DNA of 64,000 bases. It comes from Balanoglossus misakiensis. Lineage: Eukaryota > Animalia > Hemichordata. This document shows positions 61,111 through 64,000 of this stretch, in pieces. The position numbers were made by a program, and so were the translations under genes. The notes under the pieces are model-generated. The model was not told where the DNA came from. It made no database searches and worked only from the letters and a program-made list of their open reading frames with translations. Location of the stretch: NCBI GenBank assembly GCA_040954595.2, contig CM082577.2, forward strand, positions 14,639,903 through 14,703,902. The letters are read 5' to 3'. The first letter of the stretch is position 1; each line of letters starts with the position of its first letter.

Positions 61111-64000
61111 CACGACACATCACAAGAACTATGAACGTGACAGCATTGTTACAGGTACTGCTTTTAATAGATTTCTGTGAAAAGTATACAAGTTTAAATA
61201 ACCACTTTTAAAAAACTGTCAGATATGAGGAACTCATGGTTCATAATGTGCAACCCTTGCCGAGGGTGGATATACCACAAGATAGCACAATTCACGACAT
61301 ATATGCACTAGCTGAACTCTACAGGGGTTAATATTGCTATTATGTTATATCAACTCGATTTTGTAACTTTTTTCAGCATAAAAATTGATAAGAATGTGCC
61401 ACATTCAAAGACTTCTGGAGAACATTGTTTGCTCATAACAGCATGAACAGTGATTAAATGAAATGGGCCCCAGAACGAGCATTTTGAACACCCTCCAGAA
61501 ATACTCACACACCAAATATGGAGAGAATCACAATAAGTTTCATATCACATTGTCAAACAAATATCAATGGAAGTGACATATTATTTTCCCTGATATCTTA
61601 ACATTGCATTCCCTGTTGTTTATTTACACATTCAATTTGTATATATATCCATATTCTGGAGCCAATATAACAGTACCATATCCTCTATTTAACCATGGCT
61701 TGCATAAATTGAAAGAGGGTCTCAGCCATTCACAACACTGCATTTTTGCACAGTTGCACTGATATATTAATATAATATCTGTTTCAATAATATCCTAATC
61801 CACCATATCAGCTTGTTTTGGCTGAGCTGTCCAAGGCATCCTTCGAGGATGTCATTGACATCGCTAGGATGCACACAGATGATTTGATCTCAAGAGTGCA
61901 CAGTTTGATGTCCAGACCTGGAGTACCTGCAGTACAGGAGGACAAAAGGTATGTTTCTTATAATGCCTCATAAGTAATCATGTAACTGTGAAGCAATAAT
62001 GAATAAATCAAGCGACCTTTGCTAAATTTTCCCGATATATTTTGATATAAATATTAACCTAGACTTTGAAACTTCAAGGTCATTTCACCATCGCATAGAC
62101 AATCTTGAACGTATATTTTCGGTACACCATGTTTGTACCGTGTTTAGTTAAGCAAATATTCATTTTTTGTGTTAGGAATGCAGCTGTTGATTTGTACATG
62201 GGTTACCTTGGCAACATGATTTTTTTCTACAATGGCACATCTGTGTGAAGTCAAGATAATGTGTTTAAAAAGAACAGTATCTGGGCTTCTCGAAAAGGCA
62301 TGGTGGAATGTGCTATCCAAATATCACATCTGATATTCGACAGCACTGCTTTAAAGATGTGAATCAAATATACATGTATATATGATATTACCATATTTCC
62401 TGCAAAACACTTAATTTGAAACTCCCCAGTACGGTAGTGAGATGAAATAAAGAAACTGTATGGTAGTATGAGGATTCACGATGCAGAATTGTTTTTAATA
62501 CTTGGCAATGAAATAATGCTGGATTATGATGACCAAATCAAATTCATAACAACTAGGAAATGAAAATTGATTATGTATAATTACAGATACAAGAGCCCCA
62601 TTTCTGGATTCAAGGTGGGCCTCTCAACTGCAGATGGGAATTGCTTTAAATATACAATAGTATAAGCACCCTATTGATAGGCTCAGAAAATCTGGCCCCT
62701 TTACTTCAACTCTGCTCAAGTTTATTCGGAGTGCTTCATACACCACATTTAGTTGATCAGGTAAGCTATTTGAAACTGTAATCATCAATATCCAGAATCT
62801 GCTGTAAATTATCTGATCACAAAACAGTTTCTCTGCAGAGTCTGACTGACTTGCATTTTGTATATATACATAATTGTGCATTGTGCAAGTGTGTCCCAGT
62901 TTGTGCGAACTTGAATAAAATGTGCAATTGTGTCATTTTAGAAAAATGTTTTTATTCCGGTTTGTACAAAAATACTTCGCCTTCTTTCAATCTGACAGCT
63001 TTGATACTCTAGCTGTGATACTTGATGTACATTCTTTGAAATTCCGGGAATACATATTACATTTATATATCAAACATGGATCCAAGGCAAATAGTCCAAA
63101 CACTAAAAATTCAAAGAACATATTAACTGAGTGGGGCTGTGTCATCAATGATTACTTGTTTATTGCAGTACAAAAAAGAATTCAGCAATGTTGGAGCGGC
63201 CCTGCAATTTCTGCGATCCACCTGCAGTGAAGACCTTATGGAAAACCCGAACACAGTATATTCAACTTTGCACGCAGAACCCACTGTAGAAGACTATATA
63301 TATCAATTTTTCTTTTGTAGAAGAGGCACAAGCAGGGCTACGTGATGCAACATATTCCAGTTAGTAGATAGCAAGGGCATTATCACGATTTGGGCTCTCT
63401 GATCATAAATTAATGTTGAGGGCGCGAATCTTAAAGCAATGTGAGTTTACAACCCCTGATCCAATTCCCGGTCAGTACCAGTCGCCGGTCAGTTCACGGA
63501 AAGAGCGTCCCCATTTGTTTCTCGCGATACTGACACAATACTTGAAACTCGTAATATTCCATGGGTATTCACATTGACAATCAGCTGAAGTTTCAGAGAC
63601 GTGCACGCTCGACTTGGCGCTGAAGCGATTGTTTTTTGAAGGCACGTATAGGCCTTATCGTTGTGTTATCGTTCAGTATGGTGTGAGGGTAGCTAGAAAA
63701 AAGGTGCAATTTTATATTCGTGCTGTCGAAGCTGTTTTTCGCTTTTTTCTTTGAAAATTACTTTCATAGTCCACGTTGATCCCTCATAAACAGGACTATA
63801 TATCAGATTTCCGATTTGACGCAATTTTTAGCACGCCTTTCACGTTTTCCGTAAAGAATGTAGTAGGCTAGTTACCGGTCATACACAATGCAAAGCTGGA
63901 CCCATGCGGGTTGCTTTTTTGTCATATATTCAAACCTTCCTTTTAAACCATCCTAAAGCCATTAAATTTCTCATTCCCCTGTAAAAATGCATTTAATTGA

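Noticed and set aside
60661-61180. Cys-rich and His/Pro-rich repetitive ORFs
   Set aside because: A 30-bp minisatellite open in several frames on both strands, with no independent coding evidence.

Overview
Eukaryotic (metazoan, AT-rich, GT-AG introns, (TATG)n microsatellites; probably a marine invertebrate) DNA made almost entirely of nested transposable elements, with no clearly intact host housekeeping gene. The main feature is a complete 22.2-kb IS3EU-type (IS3/IS481-like DDE) DNA transposon at 35632-57859. It has ~530-bp near-identical terminal inverted repeats, TATGG...CCATA ends and a perfect 6-bp target-site duplication (CTTTCA). It carries two convergent spliced genes that both read through: a 3-exon DDE transposase and a 9-exon G2E3-like HECT E3 ubiquitin ligase with a UBZ-like zinc finger. 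It splits an intronless TatD DNase pseudogene that looks like the 3' accessory gene of an LTR element. One ligase intron holds a 7.2-kb Academ-derived foldback, which in turn holds an L2-like LINE. Also present: the end of a second IS3EU-type element; a decayed paralog of the ligase N-terminal domain; a Crypton-like recombinase remnant; a two-gene PIF/Harbinger flanked by a ~390-bp direct duplication; a young Gypsy element with identical LTRs; L1/Tx1 and RLE-type LINE fragments; ISL2EU, Kolobok and Mutator-like remnants; P2X7-ballast-like exons; a cyclin pseudogene; and many MITEs. All family calls come from motifs read by eye; no database search was run.
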